DNA of 64,000 nt from Gekko japonicus (lineage: Eukaryota), in the NCBI RefSeq assembly GCF_001447785.1, contig NW_015172051.1:305497-369496 (forward strand). The letters run 5' to 3'. Position numbers and translations under genes: made by a program. Positions 12,884 through 24,520 of this stretch are shown here, one piece after another; within the stretch, counting starts at the first letter, position 1, and every line of letters begins with the position of its first letter. The notes beneath the pieces are model-generated. The model did not search any database. It saw only the letters and a list, made by a program, of their open reading frames with translations, and was not told where the DNA came from.

Positions 12884-14503
12884 GACGGTAGGGACCTAAC
12901 AGAAGCAGAAGAGATTAGGAAGAGATGGCAAGAATACACAGAAGAACTATACAAGAAAGACCTCGATGTCCTTGACAACCACGACGGTATAATCACTGAC
13001 CTTGAGCCAGATATTCTGGAACGTGAAGTTAAATGGGCCTTAGAAAGCATTACTAACAACAAAGCTAGTGGAGGTGATGGTATCCCAGCTAAGCTATTCA
13101 AAGTCTTAAAAGATGATGCTGTTAAAGTGCTGCACTCAATTTGCCAGCAAATTTGGAAAATGCAACAGTGGCCGCAGGATTGGAAAAGGTCAGTATACAT
13201 TCCAATCCCAAAGAAGGGCAATGCCAAGGAATGTTCACACTATCGCACAATTGCACTCATATCACACGCTAGCAAGGTCATGCTCAAGATGCTACAAGCT
13301 AGGCTTCAACAGTACCTGAATAGAGAACTGCCAGAAGTACAAGCTGGGTTTCGAAGAGGTAGAGGAACTAGAGATCAAATTGCCAACATTCACTGGATTA
13401 TGGAGAAATCAAGAGAGTACCAGAAAAACATCTACTTCTGCTTCATTGACTATGCTAAAGCCTTTGACTGTGTGGATCACAACAAACTATGGCAGGTCCT
13501 TAAAGAGATGGGAGTACCAGATCACCTCACATGTCTCTTGAGAAATCTGTATAAGGGTCAAGAAGCAACAGTTAGAACCGGATATGGAACAACTGATTGG
13601 TTTAGCATAGGAAAAGGAGTACGACAAGGATGTATATTGTCACCTTGCTTATTTAATATATATGCAGAGTACATCATGCGAAATGCTGGCCTGGATGAAT
13701 CACAAGCGGGAATTAAGATTGCTGGGGAAAAGATCAACAACCTCAGATATGCAGACGATACCACTCTAATGGCAGAAAGTGAAGAGGACCTAAAGAGCCT
13801 CTTGCTCAGGGTAAAAGAGGAGAGCGCAAAAGTGGGCTTGAAGCTCAACATCAAAAAAACTAAGATCATGGCATCCAGCCCCATCACTCCTTGGCAAATA
13901 GAAGGGGAAGTAGTGACAGACTTCACGTTCCTGGGATCCCAGATCACAGCAGACTGTGACAGCAGCCATGAAATTAAAAGACGCCTGCTCCTTGGGAGGA
14001 AAGTGATGGCGAACCTAAACAGCATGATAAAAAGTAGAGACATCACCCTGCCAACAAAAGTTCGCATGGTCAAAGCAATGATATTCCCAGTAGTCATGTA
14101 TGGCTACGAGACTTGGACTATAAGGAAGGCTGAGCGCCGAAGAATAGATTCTTTTGAACTATGGTGCTGGAGAAGACTCTTGAGAGTCTCTTGGACTGCA
14201 AGAAGATCAAATCAGTCAATCCTAAAAGAAATCAACCCTGACTGTTCCCTGGAAGGCCAGATAATGAAGCTCGAATACTTTGGCCACCAAATGAGAAGGG
14301 AGCACTCCCTGGAGAAGACCCTGATGCTGGGAAAGATTGAAGGTCAAAGAAGACGGGGACGGCAAAGGATGAGATGGTTAGACAGTGTCATAGATTCAAC
14401 AAACATGAAATTGAGCCAACTTCAGAGGGCGGCAGAAGACAGGAAGGCCTGGCGTGACCTGGTCCATGGGGTCGCGAAGAGTCGGACTCGACTGTGCGAC
14501 TGA
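12884..14503 (+). CDS. BovB reverse transcriptase ORF (endonuclease portion absent; no native start)
   Basis: Frame open from 12884 (DGRDLTEAEE..) through the listed ORF 13127-14503; catalytic YADD intact. Confidence 0.85.
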   Translation, partial: DGRDLTEAEEIRKRWQEYTEELYKKDLDVLDNHDGIITDLEPDILEREVKWALESITNNKASGGDGIPAKLFKVLKDDAVKVLHSICQQIWKMQQWPQDWKRSVYIPIPKKGNAKECSHYRTIALISHASKVMLKMLQARLQQYLNRELPEVQAGFRRGRGTRDQIANIHWIMEKSREYQKNIYFCFIDYAKAFDCVDHNKLWQVLKEMGVPDHLTCLLRNLYKGQEATVRTGYGTTDWFSIGKGVRQGCILSPCLFNIYAEYIMRNAGLDESQAGIKIAGEKINNLRYADDTTLMAESEEDLKSLLLRVKEESAKVGLKLNIKKTKIMASSPITPWQIEGEVVTDFTFLGSQITADCDSSHEIKRRLLLGRKVMANLNSMIKSRDITLPTKVRMVKAMIFPVVMYGYETWTIRKAERRRIDSFELWCWRRLLRVSWTARRSNQSILKEINPDCSLEGQIMKLEYFGHQMRREHSLEKTLMLGKIEGQRRRGRQRMRWLDSVIDSTNMKLSQLQRAAEDRKAWRDLVHGVAKSRTRLCD

Positions 14504-14514
14504 ACAACAACAAC
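12887..14514 (+). mobile_element. BovB (RTE clade) LINE, 5'-truncated, young
   Basis: BovB-type RT peptide (WQEYTEELY, QQWPQDWKRS, FIDYAKAFDCVDH, LRYADD, HGVAKSRTRL); (CAA)n tail; ATTGAC repeated at 12881-12886 and 14515-14520 (probable TSD). Confidence 0.95.
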
Positions 14515-16049
14515 ATTGACTTCCTAGTCTTGCATTTGAAATCAACAACACTAACTTTTCCTTTGTGTAGCTGTTACTACTATGGCTTATCAAACACTAT
14601 ATCTAAAGCAGGACTGCCCATCTGAACAACTTTAGAACGCTTTCCTTTGAGACAGAACAATATATTATCACATTGGTACTTTAGTAAGCATATGCTCCAT
14701 GAAAGTTAGGAAGAAAGACACATGGTGATAGAAAGAAAACTGCTTGGGACTACTACTGTTAAAACTGTCCTTAGTATAAGGAAACAATAGCTCTCTCAGC
14801 TGAATGTATAACCAAGAATTGAGAGGTGTTGTTGGGATGAGAAATATTGAAGGAAAGTGATCGCACAATACGACATAAAATGACCAGGTGCACCAGTATT
14901 TAACCAGCATTATACTCTTAGATAAATAATAAACTGCTTTCCTTATCTAATTGATAAACTATTGATTGTCAGGGTCAGCCCCATTCTTATAGATGCCTTA
15001 AATCTCAGTCCCTTGACTCTCCCCCCCACACCACTCCCCAAACCACTCCCCAGAACACCCATCACCTTACTTGATTCTTCTGTAAAGAAACAGGATTGCA
15101 TATCATCAGCATATCAATTACCCTTCAGTCCAAATTTCTAAACAACATCTCTTAATTGTTTCAAGTGTAAACCAGAGGCGTCTTCTATTAAACACATGGT
15201 AAAGTGTAAGAGCCCTGCCTCCATCATCATCATCATCATCGTCGTCGTCGTCGTCATCCCAGATGCCAACGTATCACCCAGTGCTGGCACAGTGCCACAA
15301 TTGCTAATGCCCTTTCAGTATATAGAAAAAAAATTTCTTAAAAAGACACAACCAAGGAGCTAGGGCATTGTAACTGTACAAAAGTCTATAGTGACACTGC
15401 TCACATTCACCAATTATGGAATGGTATGTCAAAAATGCCTTCATGTCAGCCATACATGGAAGCAGCCAGCCAATGCATTTTGAAAGGAAAGGAATGAAGG
15501 AAACAGGGAGTGACCAGCAGAAGCCATAAAACTGCTACACTCTTGGGATCTCCACAGAAGACTGTTCGAAAATCTTGTCCTTCAAATGCATCCTTCTTTG
15601 ACAAAAGGAAGGAAATGTGGCCAATCCAACCATGTTGCACACTGCTGGTACATTTCACTTGTGAGGGAAAGCCTATGAAGTCTCTCAGGCAAGATTTCAG
15701 ATCCCAAAGGAGCAGTTTTTTGCAATGCATGGGAGGACAAAGATATAGATACAAGGAAGAACATACTTACGAGAGCACATTTATATTTTCTCACTGATGA
15801 CATGGCCCATTTCTGGCTTCTGCACAGGGTTTAGTGTGGCATTGCAGGGTGCTGTACTAGTGCATTTTTGGATTATACTGGCATGGGGTTTGGTGCTGTC
15901 CTAAGCAGTTCACAGAATGGTTTTAGGATTCCATCCCAAATTTCAGTAATAGTCATTGAACTCAATTTTCAACAGTTTAACTGATTTAATATCAGAAAAA
16001 CTAATTTTACACTTCGGTGTTAGGATGTCTAATATTTTCAGTCTGTTAA

Positions 16050-16790
16050 CAATTGGGCTCCCAACCCTCCTGGCAAGGCCACTGGAGGGCGTAGGCCATT
16101 TTGTCATGCTGGAGGAGGACAGGACAACAACGGCAACCATGTGTCACAATGTGGGCAGGGGTGGAGCCAGCCTATATAGGCCAGGATCTGCTCCCACCCA
16201 AACCAGTCATCGCCTGGTGCTCGGACTGTGAAGAGCTCCAAGCACATTGAAGTGCTGGGTCATCTGGGCCTACCTGGTAGGCCCAAGGCCTTTTGGGGAT
16301 TGTCAGCAGGTGGCCAGGCTTCGGTGGTGGCAGAGACACACAAGGCCCAGCGTACAGGGCATCGGTAGAGCATCAACACTGGCAGCAGAGCGGGACAGGG
16401 CACAGGCTTGGAGATCGGTGGTGGTGGCCTGCAGAACTCAGTGGCAAAGTGGCATCAATGGCATGGGCCCACAGAAGCACAGGGCACGACGGACAGACCA
16501 GCGTCCATGGCAGGCCTTGATGGGTTTGACTTGGTGGTTGCGGCCAGGTACAGCTAAAGAGGATCTGGACAGGGCAGTGGAGCAGCATGAAGGTGGCAGG
16601 CTTGGGCAGCAGTAGGTTGTGGCTGCTTAGCAGCAGCAGGGCATTGGCAGTAACTGTCCATAGGGCCATTCCTGGGGGTGGGGGCCCAGTACAATGAGTG
16701 GCTTCACCCCACATCCTTTATAGCCAGTTCACTAGGCTATTTGGCCAGGTTTTGAGGCCTTCCTTCTGGCTTAGCTAGGTGTCCTGAAAC
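16050..16790 (+). mobile_element. Probable 5' terminal region of an Ngaro/DIRS element
   Basis: Abrupt GC-rich block with a TATA-like CCTATATAGG at ~16172 followed by CGCCTGGTGCTCGGACTGTG; same orientation and composition as the Ngaro 3' part at 23.7-25.2 kb; boundaries approximate. Confidence 0.5.
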
Positions 16791-17132
16791 AAGAAGGTGA
16801 ATAGGAGCCCGGACGAGACTTTCAAGTCACGACGAGCACAAGAGGAGCCCAGAGGATTCCACAGAGTTGGAAAGAAACAACCCTATAATCCGAAGTCAGC
16901 AACACAAGCTAAGTATATTTAATTGAAACTCACCATAGTTAAGTCCCAAGGAGGGGCAGGCTTCTTGCCGGATAAAAAAGCGGGTCCTCCATTAGAAAAC
17001 TAACTGAGATGGATAAGCGGCTAGTAAAAATAAAGATGGTTAAGTGGCTAGTAAAAATAAAGTAGAGTAAAGGGGGATGGGGGAAAGTGATTGAAGCTGA
17101 TTTAGAGTTTGAGACTACAAAAGGTTTTGGTG

Positions 17133-19104
17133 GGAAAAACAAGAGGCCAAAATAATTTTTAATGGCTATCTAACCAGTAAGATACAAATACTAAAGGGGA
17201 CAAGGCAAGGATGCCCGCTGTCCCCCTTATTGTTTATCTTTGCGATAGAACAACTTAATGACATGATAAGGGCAGACTATTTAATTAAAGGTTTAAACGT
17301 GAAAGGAGAATCATTTAAAGTCTTGTCATACGCCGATGATTTGGTGTTGGTACTAGAGGACCCTTTGACATCTTGCGCGCAACTCCTATATACACTACAG
17401 ATATACGGTCAAGTGGCAGGATTAAAAGTAAATCACCAAAAATCTAAAATAATAACAAAGAACTGTTCTAAAGAGGTTGAAAAGAGACTACAAGAAGAAA
17501 CAGGGTTTCTAATAACAAAAAAAAATTAAGTACCTAGGAATCTGGATAACGAATAAGTGCTGCTCTTTATATAAGGATAACTATAAGAACTTACTGATGG
17601 AAATTAAAAAAGACCTAGAAAATTGGAGCGGTTTACAATTGTCACTATTAGGTAGAATTGCCACGATTAAAATGGCAATTCTCCCGAAAGTAATATTTTT
17701 ATTCCAAACAATACCTATCTTGAGGAACCAGGTATTCTTTAAGGAGTTAAATAAAAGCTGCTTGACATTTATCTGGCAAAAAAGGAAACCGAGACTTAAA
17801 TTGCAACTGCTGCAGACCAAGAAAGAGTTAGGTGGCTTTGCATTCCCAGTGTGGGAGCTATATTACAAGGCGGCGGTTTTACTATGGGTAAAAGAATGGG
17901 CAACTCTCTCCAATACTAGACTCCTCAAATTAGAAGGTTTCGATCTTCCGCAAGGATGGCATGCTACTCTTTGGTATGACAAAGAAAAGAAGTATTTTGA
18001 ACGGCATTATATGAGAGGATCTCTGATAAAAATTTGGAGGGAGATTAAAACGCAGTATTATAAGAAGGTTCCCAGATGGGTAGCCCCCCTGGAGGCTTTA
18101 GAGATTCCGTCCTTATATACACAAGGCGGAAAGTGTACCTATGAGAACCTGTTGGACACTACGAATAATTTAAAATCAATAGATACTTTGAAAAACCAAG
18201 AAATAGAAATGTCCTGGCTACAGATTATGCAACTGAAAGCTAGATTTAAGGAAGATGCGAGAATTGGTTTTTATAGAGAACCAACTGACTTAGACAAGAT
18301 ATGGCTTACACTAGAAACACAATTGATAAAAAGATTATATAATATCTTATTAGAGGGGAAACTACAAGAAGATGTAGTATGGGCCAGTTTAAGAGCATGG
18401 AATAAAGATCTAGGTTTTACGATAGACCAACGTAAATGGATGAAAGTTTGGGAGACTAATTTGAAAATCACGAGGGCCTCGTCTTTCAAAGAAAATATCT
18501 TTAAGGTAGCACATAGGTGGTATTTATACCCCTCGCGACTGGCAAAGTTTTCTAAGTCTGCGACAAATATTTGTTGGAAATGTCAGCAAAACATTGGTAC
18601 ATACTTCCACATGTGGTGGACTTGTGCAAAAGCTAGGGATTATTGGGAGAAGGTTAAGAAAATGTTAGTAGAGGTGTTGGAAATAGAGGTACCTTTACAA
18701 CCTGAAATCCTTCTATTAAATATGATACCAGAAATAGGAGGGAAGGAAGGGAAAAGTCTGTTGTTATATTGTATTACAGCGGCTAGAATTTGCTATGCCA
18801 AGTATTGGAAAACAGAAAGGACTCCAGGAAAGCTGGAGGTAGCTCAGAAATGGCTGGAAGTCGCTGAAATGGATAAATTGTCAAATGTGTTAAAAGGGAA
18901 AGACAAGGAGATAATTATCAAAAAATGGAAAAAGTTATTTGAATGGAATATTAAACAAAAAGGATAAGTGGAGATTAGGAAATCAGCAAGAGAAAAAACA
19001 TTAGGCTGTATGCTCGTCTGTGTTAATTGATCAGTATTTTATGTTATGTTCTGTTATGAAGGTTGGGAGTGGGTGTTTGGAAAATTAATAAAAAATATTT
19101 TTAA
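17133..19104 (+). mobile_element. Inner L1 LINE, 5'-truncated
   Basis: 14-bp TSD AAAAGGTTTTGGTG at 17119-17132 and 19105-19118; AATAAA and an A-rich tail near 19087-19104. Confidence 0.92.
17140..18967 (+). pseudogene. L1 ORF2 (RT C-terminal half and cysteine-rich C-terminus), one frameshift
   Basis: GTRQGCPLSP, YADD, KYLG, CWKC..HMWWTC; single +1 shift in the A-run at ~17518-17525. Confidence 0.9.
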
Positions 19105-19786
19105 AAAAGGTTTTGGTGTTTTTTTTCCCTTTTCTCTCCAATATATGTGGCTATGTCTTTAAACTGAGTGGTGAGTGACGAGGCATATCGAGGCGAGACG
19201 CAGAGGCGGCGGCAGACTGACGTGGCAGTGGCAGCAACAGGAGTCGAGAGGAGGAAGGCGGGTGTGGAAGAGTGATGTGAAACGATAGTGACCAGAGCTG
19301 TGCGGAGAAAGGCGAGAGCAGAGGAGAAAATTGGATGTGGCTGAAAAAAGAGCTGGTGATGTGGCAGCGACAGGAGCCAGGAGCTGAAAGGCGGGTGCAG
19401 AGGAGCGACATGAAATGTCAGTGACGGGAGCCGAACAGAGTCAGGTGGGAGAGGAAAAAAGCAGAAGCGGCTGGATTACATTACGTGTGTGGGCGCTGCA
19501 CGAGATGCTAAGAACAGATTGATAAAAGAGAAATAGGAAGAAAGCTGTCGGATAGATCAAGTGGACATTGTTTGGAGATAAAGTAAAGAAATAAATAAAT
19601 ATAAAGGAAGAGAGAGAAGGAAGCAAATATTAAAAATAGCCAAATAAGATCTTAAAACCCAAAAATAAATAAATAAAATATTAATAAAAGGAGTAGGAGG
19701 GAGAAAACTAAAAAATTAAAAATATAAAGAAACTATAATTAAAACAGGGGAAGATAATAGAAAATAAATAAATAGGATCATACTCT

Positions 19787-20550
19787 ATGGCTACAGGTTT
19801 CTCTGCTAGTAGAAAGGCATCAATACCTTCACCAGGGCAGCCAGGAAACATAAGTCAACTTAAATTCAGCAACATGAATATACCCCAGGCCACTATGAAA
19901 GAACTGAATAAAATGATCCAAGAAAGTGTTACCCAAGCAATTAAACAAACAGTTGAAATGACCTTGCCTACTTTAATTAAAAATGAAATAGAACCCCTAA
20001 CAAATAAAATGGATGAAATAACAACCCAAATTAAAACAAACACAAGAGATTAAGAAACAGATATTGGATAATAAACAAGAAATTATGAAAATGTCCTTCA
20101 AGCAGGAAAAATTTAAAGAAAAATTACAAGACTTAGATTTCGAAGTTTTGGAATTAAAAGCTAAAAACGAAAGAATGGAGGACACTCTCATAAATTTTGA
20201 AATGGATAAGGCAACACTAATAATAAGGTGCCAAAATATTCCAGAGAATATAGAAAAAAACTTGAAGAATTGGCGCAAAATCTATCAGAACAGCTACAAG
20301 TAGCTACGAAAGAAGAAATAAAGAATAATATTGAAGACATATACAGGAGAAATTCATCATATGCAAAGAAACACAAAGTTCCCAGAGAGGCACACATTAA
20401 ATTTTACAGGAAAGACATGAAAGAGAAAATACTCAAAGCCACATATGAAAATAAAGTTACCATTCAAGGAGAAGAAATTAAATTTTTAAATGAAGTCCCT
20501 TGGAGAGTAAGGGAGAGAAGAAGAAGAAGAAGAAGAAGAAGAAGAAGAAG

Positions 20551-20581
<31 letters not shown>

Positions 20582-21190
20582 TGGATTTATACCCCGCCCT
20601 TCACTTGGAGTCTCAGAGCAGCTTACAAACTCCTTTCCCTTCCCCTCCCCACAACAGACTCCCTGAGGTGAGTAGGGCTAAGAGAATTCTGACAGAAACT
20701 GCTCTTTTTCAAGGACAGCTGTGCCAGAGTTTGTGACTGACCCAAGGTCACATCAGCAGGTGCAAGTGGAGGAGTGGGGAATCAAACCCGGTTCTCCCAG
20801 ATTAGAGTCCGCACACTTAACCACTACACCAAACTGGCTCTCCTTACTTAAAATTGACAAAGAGCTCCTTACTTAAAAAATACTCCTTACTTAAGAGCTC
20901 CTTGCTTAAAATTGACAAATCTTTTGAGAAATAATGGAATTGTCTTTAGATGGCTTGGTTCCAGAAGGGGTAGGTTTTACTTATGACAGTAGAAGGCAAA
21001 GGATAGATTCAACATTTAAAATGAATACTTTCTTGAGAAATATGGAGAAGACCTGAGATTTCAAAAAGAGGAAGAAGAAGAAGAGGAGAGAGAGGAAAAT
21101 AGGGACTCAGAGGAGGAAACTTCAGAACAAGAAAAAGAGAAAAGTAAAGAAGCTGCTACTAAAGAAGGGAAGAAAAAACCAAATAAAACT
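19787..21190 (+). pseudogene. L1 ORF1 (coiled coil, RRM, CTD), disrupted
   Basis: Heptad-rich N-terminus, IRCQNIPE, IYRRNS, VPREAHIKF, EVPWRVRER, then FRWLVPEG after the SINE; stops and frameshifts present. Confidence 0.85.
20516..20842 (-). mobile_element. tRNA-derived SINE (Squam3/MIR-like), young copy
   Basis: Minus-strand head GAGAGCCAGTTTGGTGTAGTGG (A box) ... GGGTTTGATTCCC (B box); (AGA)n tail at 20516-20580; highly similar to 39230-39513. Confidence 0.9.
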
Positions 21191-22816
21191 ACCTATCAGA
21201 TTTTAATGAGATTCGAGTACAAGAATAAAGGAAGGAACAACAAGAAATAAACATGATATTAGTGGAGCAAATAAAAATACAAGAAATTAAATTGAAAAAT
21301 GCTACAGACGCTATAGATCATAAATTCAAATTGCATCTCCTTCATCACAATTTGAATATACTTTTGAATAACGAAATAGCAAGACAAATTGAGTTCCCTA
21401 AACAATATTATTTTGAAAATATAAATAAACCTAATAGGCGGTTAGCTTATAATCTCCGGAAAGAAAGAGAAAAACGTACTATCATAAAACTAAAATATGA
21501 AAAAGGGGAAGAAAAATGTAAGATACAAGAACTTAAAAGTATAGTGGAAGGGTATTATAAAGAGTTATATTACCAAGAACATCAGGAAGAACAACAAATT
21601 AAAGAATATCTAGGAAAAAGGGAACTTTACTAAATTTAACGATCAGCATAATTTTTTTTGAATGAAACAATTACAATGTGCGAGATTGTAAAAGCAGTTA
21701 AGAGACAAACCCCCCCCCACACACACACACACCGAGTCCAGATGGTATTCCTGTGGAATTTTATCAGCTATTTCAGGAACAGCTAGATGTACCTTTAAAA
21801 GACTTGTTCCAAAAAACAGGAAAATCAGAAAAGACACCTGACTCTTAAAATCATGCACTAATTACACTAATACCCAAACCAAACTTGGAAGGAGGTGAAA
21901 TTAAAAACTACAGACCTATATCTCTTTTAAATACGGACTATAAAATATTTGCTAATATACTAGCACACAGATTGAAAATGGTATTATCACAAACAATACA
22001 CCAGGACCAGATGGGATTCTTGCCGAAGAGACAAATAAAAAATAATTTGTGCATAGTTATTGATGTATTAGAATACTATGAATCACATCCTGAAAAAGAG
22101 ACTACTGATGTTTCTTGATGCCGAAAAAGCTTTTGATAACCTATCCTGGAATTTCTTGTTACAGAAGCTAGATGTAGCAGAATGTGGAAATCAATTTTTA
22201 ACTATGATAAAGGCAATATATTCAACACAAAGTTCTAGTAAATGGAGATTTAACAAACAATATAGAAATACAGAAAGGCTCGAGACAGGGTTGCCCACTA
22301 TCTCCATTGTTATTTATCTTTGCACTAGAATAATTAAATAATTTGATAAGAAACAATGAACAGATAAATGGCTTAAAAATAAGAATGGGAGGAATTTAAA
22401 CTAATGGCATTCGCAGATGATCTTCTATTTATAGTGGAGAATCCTAAAAAATCTATTAACTTTTTGATGGAAGCAATTAAAGCATACGGTCTAGTAGCTG
22501 GACTTAAGATAAATTTAAAAACAAAAAAACCCTCTTATTAAAAAACTGTCAACCGGGTACTGCACAAGAAATTCAAAAAATGACGTCCATGGAGATTGTG
22601 AAAAAGTGAAATACTTGGGAGCTTATCTAACTAACAAATGTAGCTCTTTAATAGATGATAATTATTATAAGTTGTTAGAAGATATTAAAAATGATATTTT
22701 GAGATGGAATAGAATACCATTATCTTTTATGGGCAAAATTGCAACGATAAAAATGAATATATTACAAAGATTCCTATTTTTGGCCCAAAACATCCCTATA
22801 TTAAAGAGTGCAAAAT

Positions 22817-23665
22817 TTCTTTTTTTAAAAAATAGTTTATCTATTTTCCAAAACAAAATTTCAAAAAGCAAAATCTTAATACAGAGTCTACTTTGGAGAT
22901 TCTTTACACATTTTTTCCATTCATCTATCTAGTTTCTGCCATCTTTTTTTAAACACATTTTCTTCTTTTGCCAAGAGTATCATATTTAGTTTATCCATTT
23001 CTTTAATTTCCATAATTTTTGTAATCAACTCTTCTCTACCTGGTATTTTTTCTGATTTCCAGCATTTAGCTAAAAGAATTCTAGAAATAGTGCGTATATA
23101 CAGTATCACACACAAATCGTTATATTTAATCCCTTCTGGCAACATATTAAGCAGATATATTTCTGGTTCTAGCTTCAGATCTATTTCTACTATTTCTACT
23201 ATTAGTTGCTGTATGGTTTTCCAAAATTTAGCCAGCTTCTCACACCTCCACCAAATGCACCTCCAGCAGTTCTCTGAAACATTTTATAACATTTTGCTAC
23301 TTTATCTGGTGACCAGTTCCACCTGTAAAGCATTTTAAAAATGTTTTCTTTGTAGGATGTGGCCCTTAATAATTTTGTTGATTTCCACATTTTAGCCCAT
23401 TTCTCCACATTTATGTTATAACCCAAATCTTTCATCCACAACCTCATACATGGTTGTATTGTTTCTTCCTTCATTTCTTCGTTTAGAAGGAAGTTATACA
23501 GTTTTTGTCTCAGTTTATCTGCTGAAGACAGCCAAATTTTATCTAATTCCGACTTTGTTTTTACAAAATTCCTTATTTTGTCCTTGGTGAATCTTGATTT
23601 TAATTGAATTTTCTCCCAGTTTGTTAGCTTAATGTTTAGAGCTTGTAGGGTTTCAAAAGATACCA
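22817..23665 (-). mobile_element. L1 3' fragment, opposite orientation
   Basis: Minus ORFs 23202-23666 and 22921-23145 are homologous to the inner L1 C-terminus (YKENIFKMLYRW, LAKCWKSEKIP, EMDKL); A-tail abuts 22817. Confidence 0.88.
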
Positions 23666-23786
23666 AAAAGAAATTCCCCCAAACCCAGCTGCACCAATGC
23701 TTTTTGAGTTAATGACCTGGACAAACTTTGGTCATTAACTCAAAAAGCATTGGTGCAGCTGGGTTTGGGGGAATTTCTTTTTGGTA
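23661..23786. repeat. Perfect 57-bp inverted repeat with 12-nt spacer
   Basis: 23661-23717 is the exact reverse complement of 23730-23786; spacer TGGACAAACTTT. Confidence 0.97.
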
Positions 23787-23900
23787 CCCACTCCTTCAGA
23801 ATTGGGGATGCATCCACCTTGGCAGCCATGGGATACTCTAGTTTGGAGATCTGTAACATAGGCCATAGGTGATCATGTTGCTATAGGGGCTATGTGTGGA
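23727..23900 (+). pseudogene. Tyrosine recombinase C-terminal fragment
   Basis: WSLTQKALVQLGLGEFLFGTHSFRIGDASTLAAMGYSSLEICNIGHR*SCCYRGYV contains the H-x-x-R motif and the catalytic Tyr region. Confidence 0.85.
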
Positions 23901-23949
23901 AATGGAAGTTTTAAGTGGATTTCAGTTATTGATGCAGTTCTTTTTTCAG

Positions 23950-24520
23950 GTGCTGACGGCCGTCAGGTGAGATGAAGTGTAACTGTCTGTGGCCACAGCA
24001 TGGTTTTTTGGGCTGCTCACCCAGCCAGGAGGATACCCATCGGTTCTCAGTTAGGCTTAGTGAGTGGACAATGGTTGAATGGTTGGGTAGGAGGGGCATG
24101 AGATGGCCCGGCCTCCTTCCCTTGTTGTTGGATGAGAGGCAGGTGCCTCCTCCACATGTTTTGGTTGTGCACCTAGGTGGTAATGACTTAGGTTTGAAGA
24201 AGGGCAAGGCCCTGGTCATTCAGGCCAAGGCAGACCTTGCAAGTTGGCCTGGCGTCCAGATCATTTGGTCTGCTATGCTGCACCAGCAGGTATGGCATAG
24301 CATCGGGGATTCTCGGTGCCTTGATTGTGCATGACATAAGGCTAACCGACAGATGAAGAAGGCTATGGAGGGTGGCTTGGGCCAATATTTGCCTCACCCT
24401 GGCATATGGGTTGTGTTGTGAGACCTGTACAGGGATGACGGGATTCATCTATCAAACAAGGGTAATGATCTGTTTTTGGATGATTTGCAGCAAGGGATGG
24501 TCACATTGGCCTTGCAGATG
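23950..24520 (+). pseudogene. SGNH/GDSL hydrolase-like ORF of the Ngaro element
   Basis: Block I CGHSMVFW, block II WLGRRGMRW, block III VHLGGNDL, block V DDGIHLS; frameshift at ~24060 and an internal stop. Confidence 0.85.

Larger units (their letters stand above)
16790..22815 (+). mobile_element. Outer L1 LINE (5'UTR, ORF1, partial ORF2), decayed; interrupted by a younger L1 and a SINE
   Basis: CpG-containing 5'UTR on both sides of the inner L1; ORF1 from 19787; ORF2 fragments NYRPISLLNTDYKIFANILA, LDAEKAFD, FADD, KYLG; 5' boundary approximate. Confidence 0.85.

Noticed and set aside
12856-14097. Minus-strand ORFs over BovB (likewise plus-strand ORFs over the Gypsy)
   Set aside because: These are antisense shadow frames of retroelement coding sequence.
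20228-20736. ORFs with poly-Arg or poly-Lys (protamine-like)
   Set aside because: These are translations of the SINE (AGA)n tail inserted in L1 ORF1.
22817-23665. Simple inversion of the outer L1 3' end
   Set aside because: The A-tail abuts L1 coding sequence directly and ~150 codons are missing, so an independent insertion with deletion fits better.
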